Shown here piece after piece: positions 42,558 through 55,083 of a stretch of DNA of 64,000 nt (position 1 is its first letter; each line of letters starts with the position of its first letter). The position numbers and the translations under genes were made by a program. Origin of the DNA: Octopus vulgaris. Its lineage: Eukaryota. The stretch is taken from positions 29,450,001 through 29,514,000 of the forward strand of contig OX597821.1 of NCBI GenBank assembly GCA_951406725.2, given 5' to 3'. The notes under the pieces are model-generated. The model searched no databases, was not told the origin of the DNA, and saw nothing but the letters and a program-made list of their open reading frames with translations.

Positions 42558-43221
42558 GATGGCTTACTAAGTATGCATGTATAAGATTGCAGTTGGTATA
42601 AGTGAGTGTATATTATGATCATGTGTATCCATTAAGTTTGTATGTTGCTCTGAGTAACCATTTGGTGTGTCTATGTATGAGTGTCTATAAGTCTATATTA
42701 GCTACGTGTATAAGAGTGCCTAATTGGTGTGTATGTGTGAGAGAGATAGAGAGAGAGAGAGTATGCCTGCATAAATATTTAAGCCTACACAAATACATAA
42801 CTCAACATTTCATTATGTAAGAGTCATTAGAACATTGGAAAGAATGCCTCACTGTATGTATTGCAACACACAGAGCTCTTAGTTCAAATTACGCTCTGGT
42901 CAACTCTGCCCCCACTTCAGTGTAGACGAAAAATAAAGTATTTCTCCAGAGTGGATGATTGGTGAAACTGTCAGTGTAAGGCAAGATACCTCATGGTATC
43001 TCTTCTGGTTCTTCGCCTTCTGAAAGCAACAACGGTGATGGCACTGATGCCAAGCTGTACCAATCTGAGTTCATGGCATTTCTTTAGATAAAAAAATATT
43101 GGTAGACAGGTGAAACTTGTATGCATAAATAAGTGCAAGTTTTTCCTCTAAAATTTTGTCCCTCCACAAACACATGAATATTTATATGCTTAAAAAGAGT
43201 ATGAGAGTATGTGTGTGTGTG

Positions 43222-43278
<57 letters not shown>

Positions 43279-43326
43279 TCATCATCATCGTTTAGCGTCC
43301 GTTTGCTATGCTATATATATATATAC

Positions 43327-43545
43327 ATTCAAAATGTGACCGCGTGTGTACCGTTGGCAATTTTTTTTTCCTCCGTCTTCCCTTCTCTGGATCTTTCCTT
43401 TTCCTATATTTCTGATGAAGAGCTCCGCTCGAAACGTTAAACCCTCCTTCTTCCCTTCCTTCCTGAGCGTTCAATAATACTATATTTGTTCCACGTCCTT
43501 GCGTTGTTGTGTTTTCTCTTTGTGTTTTCATGTTTGGATTAACTA
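43327..43545 (+). mobile_element. Penelope-like element terminal fragment inserted in (TA)n
   Basis: Contains a hammerhead core; its 3' portion (cgaaacgt..a.ccttc...ttcctgagcg...aataatact...ttgttcca...gtttggattaa) recurs at 54931-55035. Confidence 0.65.
43409..43441 (+). ncRNA. Minimal type I hammerhead ribozyme motif
   Basis: ttt-CTGATGA-a-GAGC(tcc)GCTC-GAAA-cg-TT-aaa: both conserved core boxes, a 4-bp stem II, palindromic ACGT in place of stem III and a 3-bp stem I. Confidence 0.7.
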
Positions 43546-43611
43546 TATATATATATATATATATATATAATCATCATCGTTTAACGACCGCCTTCCATAT
43601 TGGCATAGGAG

Positions 43612-43645
<34 letters not shown>

Positions 43646-46374
43646 GCAATATGTGGTCACCAACCTATAAAGGAAGACATTAACAATGAATGAGAATTGA
43701 TTCAAGGCACAATGACCCACCAAGCCAATGCCAGCATGGAAACTGATCATAAAATGGAGATGATGATGATGATGACATTCATATAGCTAGATCATGTTGT
43801 AAATGTATATGCATGTTCATACACATAAATTAAGTGTATGCAATTAGCTCAGTTGTTTACCTTCCTGAATGTGTGTGCATTACATGGTTGCGTGTATGAA
43901 TGATATAACTGCATATAAAGATTTAAGTTTACATGTGTACATGTAAGTCATCATCATGATTACTACTGTTTTAATTTTTTATCTGCTTTTCCATGCTTCT
44001 GTGGGTCAGACAAAATTACATTGATGCAGAGATTTCTATGGTCAAATGCTCTTCCTGATGCCATCCCTCATCTGTTTCCATGCAAGTGTGTACGTTTATG
44101 TGTGCATGCATCGATAAAGCTATGTGGATTCCCTTACGTACATGTCATAATGTGTGCCAACCATGGTAAATGCATGTATGAGGCAGAATCTTCAGGTCAA
44201 TCTCAGTGCATATAAACATGCTCTTTATATACAAGCACACCAAAAGAATTATTTTCATTGGCATTATAATCGCTGTTTTTCTTCTTTTCTTTTCTGATAG
44301 CAAATTTTTATCACAGCACGGTGCTGTATATAGCTTAATAACTAATGTTATTTATTATTGCATCAGTATTTTAAATATGCATCACTCATTTCTGAAGATG
44401 ACTGCTGAGCGTGGAACACAATGCTGAACGTTCAATATTTTTTGAATATGAAAGATCCATTTGTGGTGTCAAATATCATATGATACAACAGTTCAGCAAG
44501 CATTTTATGTTATACTTCATGCATGAGGCTGACAATATTATTCTAAGGCCTCATCTGTTATAGATTATCTGCTTAGGCTGTCACTTGTCAAATGAGAGAT
44601 TTATTAACTCAATGTGCATTTCAAATTGGCAAAACTTCACTAGTTAACCTACAACAAATACTAACATACTGAAATGTAATATCTTCCCGACTGTTTCTTC
44701 TGATTCTACAAATAGGTTTGCCTTTCTAAAATAGAAAGTGAGGTACTCTTGCTCATCCATGCTTACCTAATTCAAGTGCTTTTCACCCTTTCATCATCCT
44801 AACTGTGCTATGACTCCAAACTCTACTCTAAACTTTTCATTCAGACCTTTCCAAAACAAAACTACCACCATAAAGGTGTACTTACCTGTCTATGTTTTCT
44901 CAATGGCATCCACCTGATGAAGTTTATGTCGAACATTATCCAGATCAGCCTTACTAGCTAGATAGCTAAAAGGCTATATATACTGTCCTTTCTCCTCATG
45001 CTATAACTTTGTTAAGACAAGGCAGAGGTATAGCTGTGTGGAAACGGAGTTCACTTTGTAACCATATGGTAACTTGGGCAGAGGACTTCCATTATAGTTT
45101 CAGGTTACTGATACATTATGAGTGAAATTGGTAGATAGAAACTGTACAGATCCCACCCCATCATGTGTGTGCATGTATGTATGCAGCAACATGTACGTGT
45201 GCAGGGTACATGAATGTTAACATTCCACATCTTCACATGAAAGCATCGAGCAAAAGAGCAAAAAATGGTGGTGTCATTCACTTTCTTTGTCAACATATCA
45301 GCCTCTAAACTTGCACTTTCAAAGCCAAGTGGAAATATAAACAAAAACCTTTACTTGAATACAAGTAGAAAGCCAGTGGCAAGAAAGCATCTGACAGAAA
45401 GAACAACACCTCATTATAAGTATTCAAGTATTCCTCAAACCTATGCTAGTATAGAAAAACAGACATAAAAACTAACAAAGAAAAAAACAACACTACATTA
45501 TTTTCTTTGGATTAGTACTTAAAGATTTGGGGAAGAATTTTACTCCTAGGATATATTTTCATTTAAATTTTATATATATTCAAAGAGGGCATGTACTTAA
45601 AAAAGAGCACATATAGACACTCTTTTGAAGATGCATTGTCAGGCGCCTATAAAGAGTTGTGTATGATTCATAATATATGTGTTAGGTTCCGTAAACTAGT
45701 CACATGTAAAGACAAAATCATATATTCCACTGTTACATAAATGTCAAAATGTCTGAAATGAGTCGTAGTTAATAAGATTATCATTTTCCATGTTATTAAC
45801 CTCATCTATAGAAGTGAAAAACATTGTTTAATAATATTTACATCTAAACGTTGTTTCGAAAAGTGGAATGCCTGAATGACATCAGATGTTATACTAATCA
45901 TTTTCTCTTTCTCCCCCACTAGATGTGTGTAGTCATGCAGATCTCTCTACAGGAATATTCTCTGCCCCCATCCCATAGTAATCTCCTTGTACCTTAGTAT
46001 GAAGCTGACCCCTCCACTCCTACCCATCTCATAATTTTGTGAACAGCTTCGTGACCTGAATAGTGCAGGTGGCATGACAAAAGCGCCCACTCCACTCTGT
46101 AGAGTGGTTGGCATTAGAAAAGTCATCCAGCCATAAAAACCATGCCAAAGCAGACATTGGAACTTGATGCAGTCCTTGGAAACATGAGATCCTGTCAAAC
46201 TGTCCAAGCCATGCCAGCATGGAATATGGATGTTAAATGATGATGATGATGATCTATACTATGCTTCAGTGAGTCTGATGGTATCTTGACTGGATTTGAA
46301 ACTAGAAGACTTTATTTCTAAATTGATGATAATAATCATTCTTACCCATCAGGCCACTGATACTTTAGAAATAG

Positions 46375-46780
46375 GTATCAGCATGTCTGTGTGGTAAGGA
46401 GGTTGCTTCCAAACCACATAGTTTTGGGTTCAATCCCACTGCATGGAACACTGAATCTCCTACAAGCCTGGGCTGACCAAAGACTCGTGAGTGGATTGAT
46501 AGATGGAAAATAAAGAAGTCCATCGTGTGTGTGGGTGTGTGAGTGAGTGGGTGGGTGTGCACGCACGTGTGTGTGTGTGTACCTCGTCAGCTCGACCAGA
46601 GTTGGTTTGCATACATCCTCCTAATTTTAGGTTTGACAAAAGTGATAAATAGAATAAGAGCCAGACTTCAAAAAATAAGTACTTGGGTTGATTTATTTGA
46701 CTAAAACCGTTCAATACGGTGCCCCACCATATCAACAGCCAAATGGTTGAAATAGGTAAAAGCTGAAAGGTAAATAAAAG
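46375..46780 (+). mobile_element. SINE family A, diverged
   Basis: Head tgtgtggtaagg...gggttcaatcccactgc; tail cggtgccccaccat...gaaataggtaaaag. Confidence 0.8.
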
Positions 46781-47466
46781 ATCAATCTGGCGCTATGTGC
46801 AAAATCCATGATTGTGACATACAATAATGATTGGTTATCAAACCAATTGAAATGTAGTGCAGGTATAAATATTAAAGCGTTTTCTATCTCTAAAGATGAT
46901 TAATGGAATGAGAAATTACTTTCTTACATTTTTAATTATGAAAAGAAATGTATCTTAAATAATGTCTAATGTCACTGACAACTAATGTAACATTAAGTAG
47001 GTGATATACTTAATAATTTACGTAAAATACTTTCCTTAACGAAGACATTTACCTCTTTGATGGAGAAAGCAAACAACAAAAAAAAGGGGGGAGAATGAAA
47101 GCAGGGAAAAAAATGGCAACTGTCAAAGATTCTCAAAGAGGAGGTAATTTCAAAAAACATTAAGTGTTGATTCAATTTGATAGAAAAGTGAATTTACTAA
47201 TGCTAAATTACTATTATTTGTGAGCTGTAATGCTGCTTAGTGGGTATTTATGTGGCTTCGGCTATTGTAAATGCTATTAGCATATGAGGTATTTACTGAG
47301 AGTGGGCCACTCATTTCAAATTTTAATATCACAAATATCTGCTTCACAGAATTGCTGCACAGATCTCACAATGTACTTATAGCCAATACATGTGCTGGTG
47401 TACAGAGATATCTTATCCGTGGGTGGAATTTACAGAGGCATGGTTGTCTGCTTAAGAAGTTTTGCA

Positions 47467-47631
47467 TAGGAGTGGCTGTGTGGTAAGTAGCTTGTTTACC
47501 AACCACATGGTTGCGGGTTCAGTCCCACTGCGTGGCACCTTGGGAAAGTGTCTTTCACTATAACCTCAGGCCGACCAAAGCCTTGTGAGTGGATTTGGTA
47601 GACAGAAACTGAAAGAAGCCCGTCGTATATA

Positions 47632-47678
<47 letters not shown>

Positions 47679-47926
47679 ATGTGTGTGTGTGTGTGTGAGC
47701 GTGTTTGTATGTGTGTTTGTGTATCTGTGTTCGTCCCCGCAACATAGCTTGACAACAGATGCTGGTGTGTTTACATCACTGAAACTTAGCGGTTTGTTAA
47801 AAGAGACCAATAGAATAAGTACTAGGCTTACAAAGAATAGGTCCTGGGGTCGATTTGCTTGACTAAAGGCGGTGCTCCAGCATGGCCACAGTCAAACGAC
47901 TGAAACAAGTAAAAAAGTAAAAGAGT
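47467..47926 (+). mobile_element. SINE family A, full length, young
   Basis: Closely matches 12031-12460; sits inside an older SINE head (aggcatggttgtctgcttaagaagttttgc ... aaccaaaaagttgtgagtctgatcccactg). Confidence 0.9.
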
Positions 47927-48520
47927 ATAACCAAAAAGTTGTGAGTCTGATCCCACTGTGTCAAGACCATGTGCAAGTTTCTTCTGCTATAGCCTCAGAT
48001 TGACTGATTCCTCCATTTCAGAAGTCCGTATTTGTATTAACAGTTTGACTCAGTATACACTTAGGTCAACACCAATACAAACATTTGACCCCCACAACAT
48101 CTGTTGAATGTTTTTTTTCATCTATGTACACACACACACACAATGTATGTATGCACAGAGAAGAAGTAAGAAGGATTAATAAACCCAGGCAGACAGCAAT
48201 AAAAACACCCAGTGTTAAGTAAATTTGGTTAACTATATCAATCAATAAAATACCAATAAATGCAAGTTAACATCTAAGGTGATTCTTCATGTATGACAAG
48301 TAACCTCAAATATCACTTAGAAGAATTTCAAGAAATTCAGAGTATAAGACAACAAGAATAAGAACAGAGAAAATCACATCTTTAATTGGTAATTACACTG
48401 TACATATATGTACAAACACATACGAACAGATGACATCTTGTGCACTGCTTTACCAGGCTTTTGGAATTTTTCTTTATTTATGTTAATCAAATCTACATGT
48501 TCCTTTATTTTATACATCAA

Positions 48521-48867
48521 CTAGCACTATGACCCGGCGTTGCCGGGTCATAGTGCTAGTGCATGCATATACAACTGTGTGTGTGTGCACATACACGCGA
48601 ATACTGTCTAAATCTCTGACCAATCACATACAGCTAGCCGGCATTCAATTGGCTTATCAAGTTTCGGGCATTTTGATTGGGTTTTGGTTAGAAAATTCAC
48701 AAAAAAGTCACTTCTATTGATTTTTTAATGGCTTTGCGGGGTGACTGGGGAAATATAAAGATGTGCACGACCACCCTTGGACGGTTTTGAATGACCATAG
48801 AAAGTGTGAGCCCTCTAGCTGAAAAATTGTGGATTTGTAGACATTTTGCCATTTATATATATAGAGA
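48521..48867 (-). mobile_element. Non-autonomous Helitron, 347 bp
   Basis: Minus strand begins a|TCTCTATATATATAAATG and ends with GC hairpin gacccggcaacgccgggtc plus atagtgCTAG|t; A|T target, no TSD. Confidence 0.85.
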
Positions 48868-49386
48868 TTCATTTATCTTTAGCCGGGGGGGGGGGGGGCA
48901 TTGGATGGGTGCACAAGCGTGAAAAGGAGAAGTGGTGTGCTTCTGTGTGTGTTTTCTGTTAAATATTGTAATACAGGGAAACTTCTATCAAATCAAGCCC
49001 AATTTCCAGAAGACAGATATCCCAAAGACTTCTGCAAATACTTTTGGAAAGAGTAACAATGTCACAGTTCTTAATCTACCCTATCAACTTTGAGTGACTA
49101 GCTTTAATCTCCATCCCTATCATTATATGTCAACATAATAAAGATTTGTCATAATGGGAAGAAGCATGAGGGATGAATATTCTTACCTTGTGTTTTGTGT
49201 AAAGTAATCACTTTTTTTTTAATATTTAGATATGTCACTAATCATGGACTCAATTCTTATGTGTAAAAATGATGGGAGGAAAAAAAATCACACAAAATCA
49301 TGATGAAAACAAGAATAAAATATCTCAAGAAAATTAAGATGAAATATAGAAATGAAAAGTAACATTATATCTATTAACTTTCTTAC

Positions 49387-49510
49387 CTTTGACAAAGAAA
49401 AAATGCCCAAAGCAGGAATTTGTTAAAAATAAAATGTATTGTGTATCCAGTTTATTTTTTCAAAGATGAGATAGACTTACCTGCAAAGAGAAAAACAAAG
49501 AAACATAATT
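49387..49510 (-). other. Candidate recursive splice site (ratchet point) with 94-nt RS-exon
   Basis: Minus strand tatgtttctttgtttttctctttgCAG|GTAAGT with the junction at 49481/49480; downstream donor AAG|GTAAGA at 49387/49386. Confidence 0.5.
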
Positions 49511-49544
49511 TTTTTTCAAAGACATTGGAGCAAAACAACAACAA

Positions 49545-50130
49545 CAATTTCAAATTTTGACACAAAGCCAGAAATTTTACAGATAGCTGGCAGCATTAGT
49601 TGATTATATTAACCCCAGTACTTCTTTCATACTTTATTTTGTTAAGCTCGAAATAATGACAGGCTAAGCTGACCATTGTGGGATCTTAACTCAGAATGAA
49701 CAAAATCAGAATGCACACCAACACTAACAACACTACCAATCCACCCAATAATTTTTTCTACTACAGCCACAAGGTCTGATATTTGAGTGGGGGTGGGTAG
49801 TTGATTAGACTGGCTTCAGTTTTCAACTGGTACTTATTTTATTGATCCTGAAAGAATGACAGGTAAAGTCAACCTCAGCAGAATTTGTGCTCAGAATGTA
49901 AAGATAGACAAAATCTTACTAAGGATTTTGCCCAGTGTGCTAATGACTATCTCCTCACCACCTTAACAACAACAACAATAATAATAATAATAACAATAAT
50001 AATACTTTCTACAATAGGCACAAAGCCTGAAATTGTGGAGGAGGGGACTAATTAATTACAAAGGTAACGTCAAGCTCAGCAGAATTTTAACTCAGAACAT
50101 AATGACTGGAAAAATGCTGCTAAGCATACA
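49545..50130 (-). mobile_element. Three tandem SINE family C copies
   Basis: Reverse-complement core at ~49545-49745, ~49753-49965 and ~50003-50130, separated by AAT/AAC tracts. Confidence 0.7.
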
Positions 50131-50864
50131 AATTCTCAGGAATCAGTGAAATAGACAAGGTGGAACACATAAATGAAAGGATGGAATATTACAGACATAC
50201 TGGATTGAGATATGTAACAGCGCTAAATGCAAAAACAAAAAGAAATACAAGCTAATAGGCACCAATAACACACAAACAGTCCCAGTAATAATTTATAGTT
50301 ATAATATTCTCAACTGATACTTAACGAACTAGAAAGACTAGACAGAATGCTGAACAGTGCTAATCGGACTGGCAAGACTAGACAGAAATAAATAAGAAGA
50401 AAACAAAAAAAGATAATGACTAATGACTGCATTTAGAATATATCATCCATAATTCGAGATAGAAAGATTATGTTTATCAAGAATGGAGGGAAGTTAGAGG
50501 CTTTATGCAAATTGGAAACTATTCACTGTAGGACTGTAAAAAAATCTATTAACGGTGTGGCTATGAGGTTGAAAATCTTGCTTCCTTATCATGTGGTCTC
50601 TGGTTCAGTACCACAACATGGCACCTTGGAAAGTGTCTTCCAGTATAGTTTCAAGCCAATCAAAGCCTAGTTGGTAGATGGAAACTGAAAGAAGCTTGTT
50701 TTGTGTGTGTATTTGTGTGGCGCTTGTCCCTCATCACTGATCAACATCCAGTATCAGTTTGTTTTCATCCCAGTAACCAAGTAGTTCAGCAAAAGAGGTC
50801 AACAGAATAAGTATCAAGCTTTAAAAAATAAGTACTGGTATCGATTTGTTTGACAAAAACCTTT

Positions 50865-51014
50865 CGACCCCAGTGCATAACTGGTACTTAATTTATCGAC
50901 CCCGAAAGGATGAAAGACAAAGTCGACCTCGGTGGAATTTGAACTCGGAACGTAACGACAGACGACATACGGCTACGCATTTCGCCTGGCGTGCTAATGT
51001 TTCTGCCAGCTCGC
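50865..51014 (-). mobile_element. SINE family C, young partial copy
   Basis: CpG-rich tggtacttaatttatcgaccccgaaaggatgaaagacaaagtcgacctcggtggaatttgaactc...ctgccagctcgc. Confidence 0.85.
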
Positions 51015-52405
51015 AGAAACACACACACAATGGCCTACCACACAGTTTCTATCAAACAAATTTCTTCACAAGGCATAGGTGGGCCTGCAACCATAATAGA
51101 AGACTGACCAAGGTGCCACACACTGGAAGTGAACCTCAAACCACGTGGTCGCAAACTGAAGTTCTTAACTACACAGCCATGCCTACACCTGTTTATTCAT
51201 TAATTTTTTTTTTTTCTAGGATAGCAGGGAATGTGATTTAAAGGAGATTTTGCCGTACATTCTAATGGGTTGAGAGAACACAAAGTGACTTCACACATTG
51301 TTTTCACATCAGCCTATTGAATCACGGGAGGGTGAAAAAAAAAATATTGGTCAATGAGAATAAAAATAACAAGTGTTTCAAAAAATTGTTCCTTTTTAAA
51401 TAAAGAGTAGTAGTAGTTGTAGTAGTAGTGGTGGTGGTGATAGTGGTGGTGGTGATGATAGTGGTGGTGGTGGTGGTGGTGGTGGTGGTAGTGGTGGTAG
51501 TTGTAGTAATAGTAGTAGAAGTAGTAGCAGCAGCAGTAGTAGTATTGGTGGTGGTGATGAAAAGTTTCCTGTAATAGATTTCCGATTTCTAAAGAAGCAT
51601 TTAAAGGAATGACAAATATGATTTCAAGTATAGACATATGGGAATTAAGAAAACAAAAAATAGAAACAAAAAAAAGTATGAACAGAAAACAAGTGCTGTG
51701 AAAATTTTCAGAAGAAAGAAATAAAACCAAAAAAAAAAAAGCTTTAAAAAAAAAAAACCAGCTGAAATAAGATGTAAGAGAATGAAAAAAAAAAAAGAAA
51801 AAAGAAAGAGGAAGGTGGGGAGACTGGAAAGTTAACATGGTAAAAATCAAAATCAAGTAACATAAAATAAAATAAAAATGGAAAATGAAAATGAAAAAAA
51901 TTGTGTGAAACTGAAATTCGTGTGTGTATGCTTTATTGCGATGAACCTATTTGTGTGTGTGTGTCTGTGTGTGTGCGTGTGTACGTGTGTGTGTGCATGT
52001 TTATGCATGTGCGAACAGTGTGACTATTTGTATTCACCATACACAAGTGTGATTATGTAAATTTTGCATATGCACACACACTAAAAGAATAAAAGGAACT
52101 GTGTAACTATAGTCATAGATATACTAGAGTATTCATATACACATACATATTACATGCATACATACATATGAGAGAGAAAGAGATTTATGTATATACATAT
52201 ATTTATAGATATATGTGTGTGTGTATATATATATATATATACGTATTTTCATGCATGAACCTCTCTCACTGTGTGTGTGTGTGTGTCTATATATACATAC
52301 ACATACAGAGATTTATGCCAAAAAATATGTACGTATGTATATATACAGAGAGAGATTTCTGCAAATATATATATATATGCATATATATACACACACAGAG
52401 TTTTC

Positions 52406-52452
<47 letters not shown>

Positions 52453-52599
52453 ATTTCGAGAGAGAGAGATGTTTATGCATAAAAATGTGTGTATATATAT
52501 ATTATATATATATATAAATATATATATATAGATAAAAATGGTAAGGCAACAAAAGAAGGGCATTTTTCCAATGGCCGGATAACTGAAGAGATGGCAGCA

Positions 52600-53830
52600 T
52601 GGATGTATAAGCAATGTCTAGAATTGAAGGGCCTTAGAGTCAATCTAGCAAAAACCAAAGTCTTAATAAGTAGGAAGGCAGACAAACCACAAATCCCTTC
52701 AGGTAGATGGCCCTGTTCAATCTGTAGAAAAGGCGTATGTAGAAACTCTATAAGATGTACCCAGTGTAAGCTCTGGACACATAAGAGGTGCAACAATATC
52801 AAGGGAAGGCTAACTAGGAAAATAGTTTTTGTATGCAGAGAATGCTAGGGGGAGTAAACACTAAAAATGGGCAGAAAACAGCTTCCGTCACATTCCAGGG
52901 TGAAAAACTAAAAGTAGTTGATAGTTTCTCTTACCTAGGTGACCAAGTCAGTATTGGGGGTGGTTGCTCTCAGAGTGTAGTTGCTAGATTAAGAATACCC
53001 TGGGAAAAGTTCAGAGAGCTCCTAACTCTGCTTGTGACGAAGGGCCTCTCGCTCAGAGTAAAATGTAGACTGTATGACACATGTGTGCGAACAGCCATGC
53101 TACATGGCAGTGAAACATGGGCTGTGACTGCTGAGGACATTTGTAAGCTTGCAAGGAATGAAACTAGTATGCTCCAATGGATGTATAACATCAGGGTGCA
53201 TAAGCGACAGAGAGTAAGCGCCATGAGAGAAGAGTTAGATATAAGAAGCATCAGATTTGGTGTGGAAGAGGTAGACCCAGGAAGACCTGGGATGATGTGT
53301 TGAAGCACAACCTTCAAACGTTGGGCATCACCAAAGCAATGACAATTGACTGAGACCTTTGGAGATATGCTGTGCTTGAGAAGACTCTACAAACCACGTG
53401 AGACCATAAGCATGGCCTATGCCAGTGCAGCATAACCAGCCCATTTAAGAGTATTCTTCAATCATTGGGCAATAAACTATGCTTGCAAAGACCTGTTGAA
53501 TCAAAAAAAGTCGTTGTCATGGCCGCCTGATTGGCACCTGTGCTGGTGGCACATAAAAAAGACTATTCGAATGTGGTCAATGCCAGTGCCGCCTGACTGG
53601 TCTCATGCTGGTGTCATGTAAAAAGCAGTATTCGAGTGTGATTGTTGCCAGTGGCAAGTAAAAAGCACCCACTACACTCTCGGAGTGGATGGCATTAGGA
53701 AGGGCATCCAGCTGTAGAAACATTGCCAGATCGGATTGGAGCCTGGTGCAGCCTTCTGGCCCGCTAGCCTTCAGTAAACTGTCCAACCCATGCCAGCATG
53801 GAAAGCGGAAGTTAAATGACAACTATGATG
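52600..53830 (+). mobile_element. 5'-truncated RTE-clade LINE: RT C-terminal half with PHD-like finger, plus 3' UTR
   Basis: GLRVNLAKTKVL, VDSFSYLG, RLYDTCVRTAMLHGSETW and GRPG are RTE RT/thumb motifs; frameshift near 52845; UTR repeats and tail ending catggaaagcggaagttaaatga. Confidence 0.92.
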
Positions 53831-54645
53831 ATATATATATAATGTACATATATGAAAACACATATTTTGTATATATATTTAGGTGTATGATGAGAAAAAT
53901 ATAAAAATAAATTGGGAATGATATAGTATAATACATATGACACATCAACATACTCAAAGTCATATACATACCTACTTAAACATAGATATACATATACACA
54001 TGCATATATATACATGTGTGTATGTGTACATATTATACATACATTTATATATATATATGTACATGTGTGTGTATGTATATGCATACATATATATATATAT
54101 ATATATACATATATGCATGTGTATACACACACACATACATATACACCTGTACATATATATAAAGACTCACACACACAAACACTGTGTGGCATGCACATAT
54201 ACATTAACTTCCAGTACTAATGACTAAAATATGCTGACTTATTGTTTGTAAGTGTGCAGCAATGCAACAGCTGCAGATTTTAACCTGACAGCATGCAAGA
54301 CACTAGGAACATATCCGATTTCATTTTTCTATTAAGTTTGGGTTTTTTTTTTGTTAGAGATAGGGAGGGAGATCCCACCCTTCACCCCACTCCTTAATAC
54401 TTTCTCATTTCTATTCAATTTCTCAATGCTTGATTTTCTATTCCTTAAAAATTTATTACTTTCACTGGAAGACATATGGGAAGATTAAGAAACAATACAT
54501 ATAAAAATTGACAAATTAAAAACGAACTACCAACAAAAAGTTATAAAATTTCAGAAAGCAACACAACACATTTTTCAAAGAAAGTGGAAACTGTTTAATA
54601 TGCACTGAAGCAGGAATAATGTCTGGACCTTAAATTACTTCAGTA

Positions 54646-54699
<54 letters not shown>

Positions 54700-54839
54700 A
54701 TCTATCTATCTATCTCCCTCTCACTATCTCTGAGCGTGTGTGTGTGTGTGTGTAAAATAGTTGGACATCATCCAAAGTTTACAAATATAAAATTATTCAA
54801 TCAATGATTTTATCAATATGTAATTCTCCTTCCTATAAC

Positions 54840-54896
<57 letters not shown>

Positions 54897-54930
54897 CATA
54901 TATATGTGTGTGTGTATATATATATGTGTG

Positions 54931-55035
54931 TCGAAACGTCATACCTTCCTGCTTCCATCTTTCCTGAGCGCCTATTAATAATAATACTGTAATTGTTCCA
55001 TGTGTTGTTTTTTCTGTTTTCCCGTTTGGATTAAA
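54931..55035 (+). mobile_element. Second Penelope-like fragment, truncated inside the hammerhead
   Basis: Starts tcGAAAcgTC; aligns by eye with 43429-43541; flanked by (TG/TA)n. Confidence 0.55.

Positions 55036-55083
<48 letters not shown>

Noticed and set aside
44880-44920. Perfect minus-strand donor CAG|GTAAGT as a second ratchet point or exon end
   Set aside because: The upstream sequence is purine-rich with no polypyrimidine tract, nearby acceptors are weak, and the surroundings look like decayed LINE sequence.
44914-44940. ctgatgaag...gaac as a second hammerhead
   Set aside because: No stem II and no intact GAAA box.
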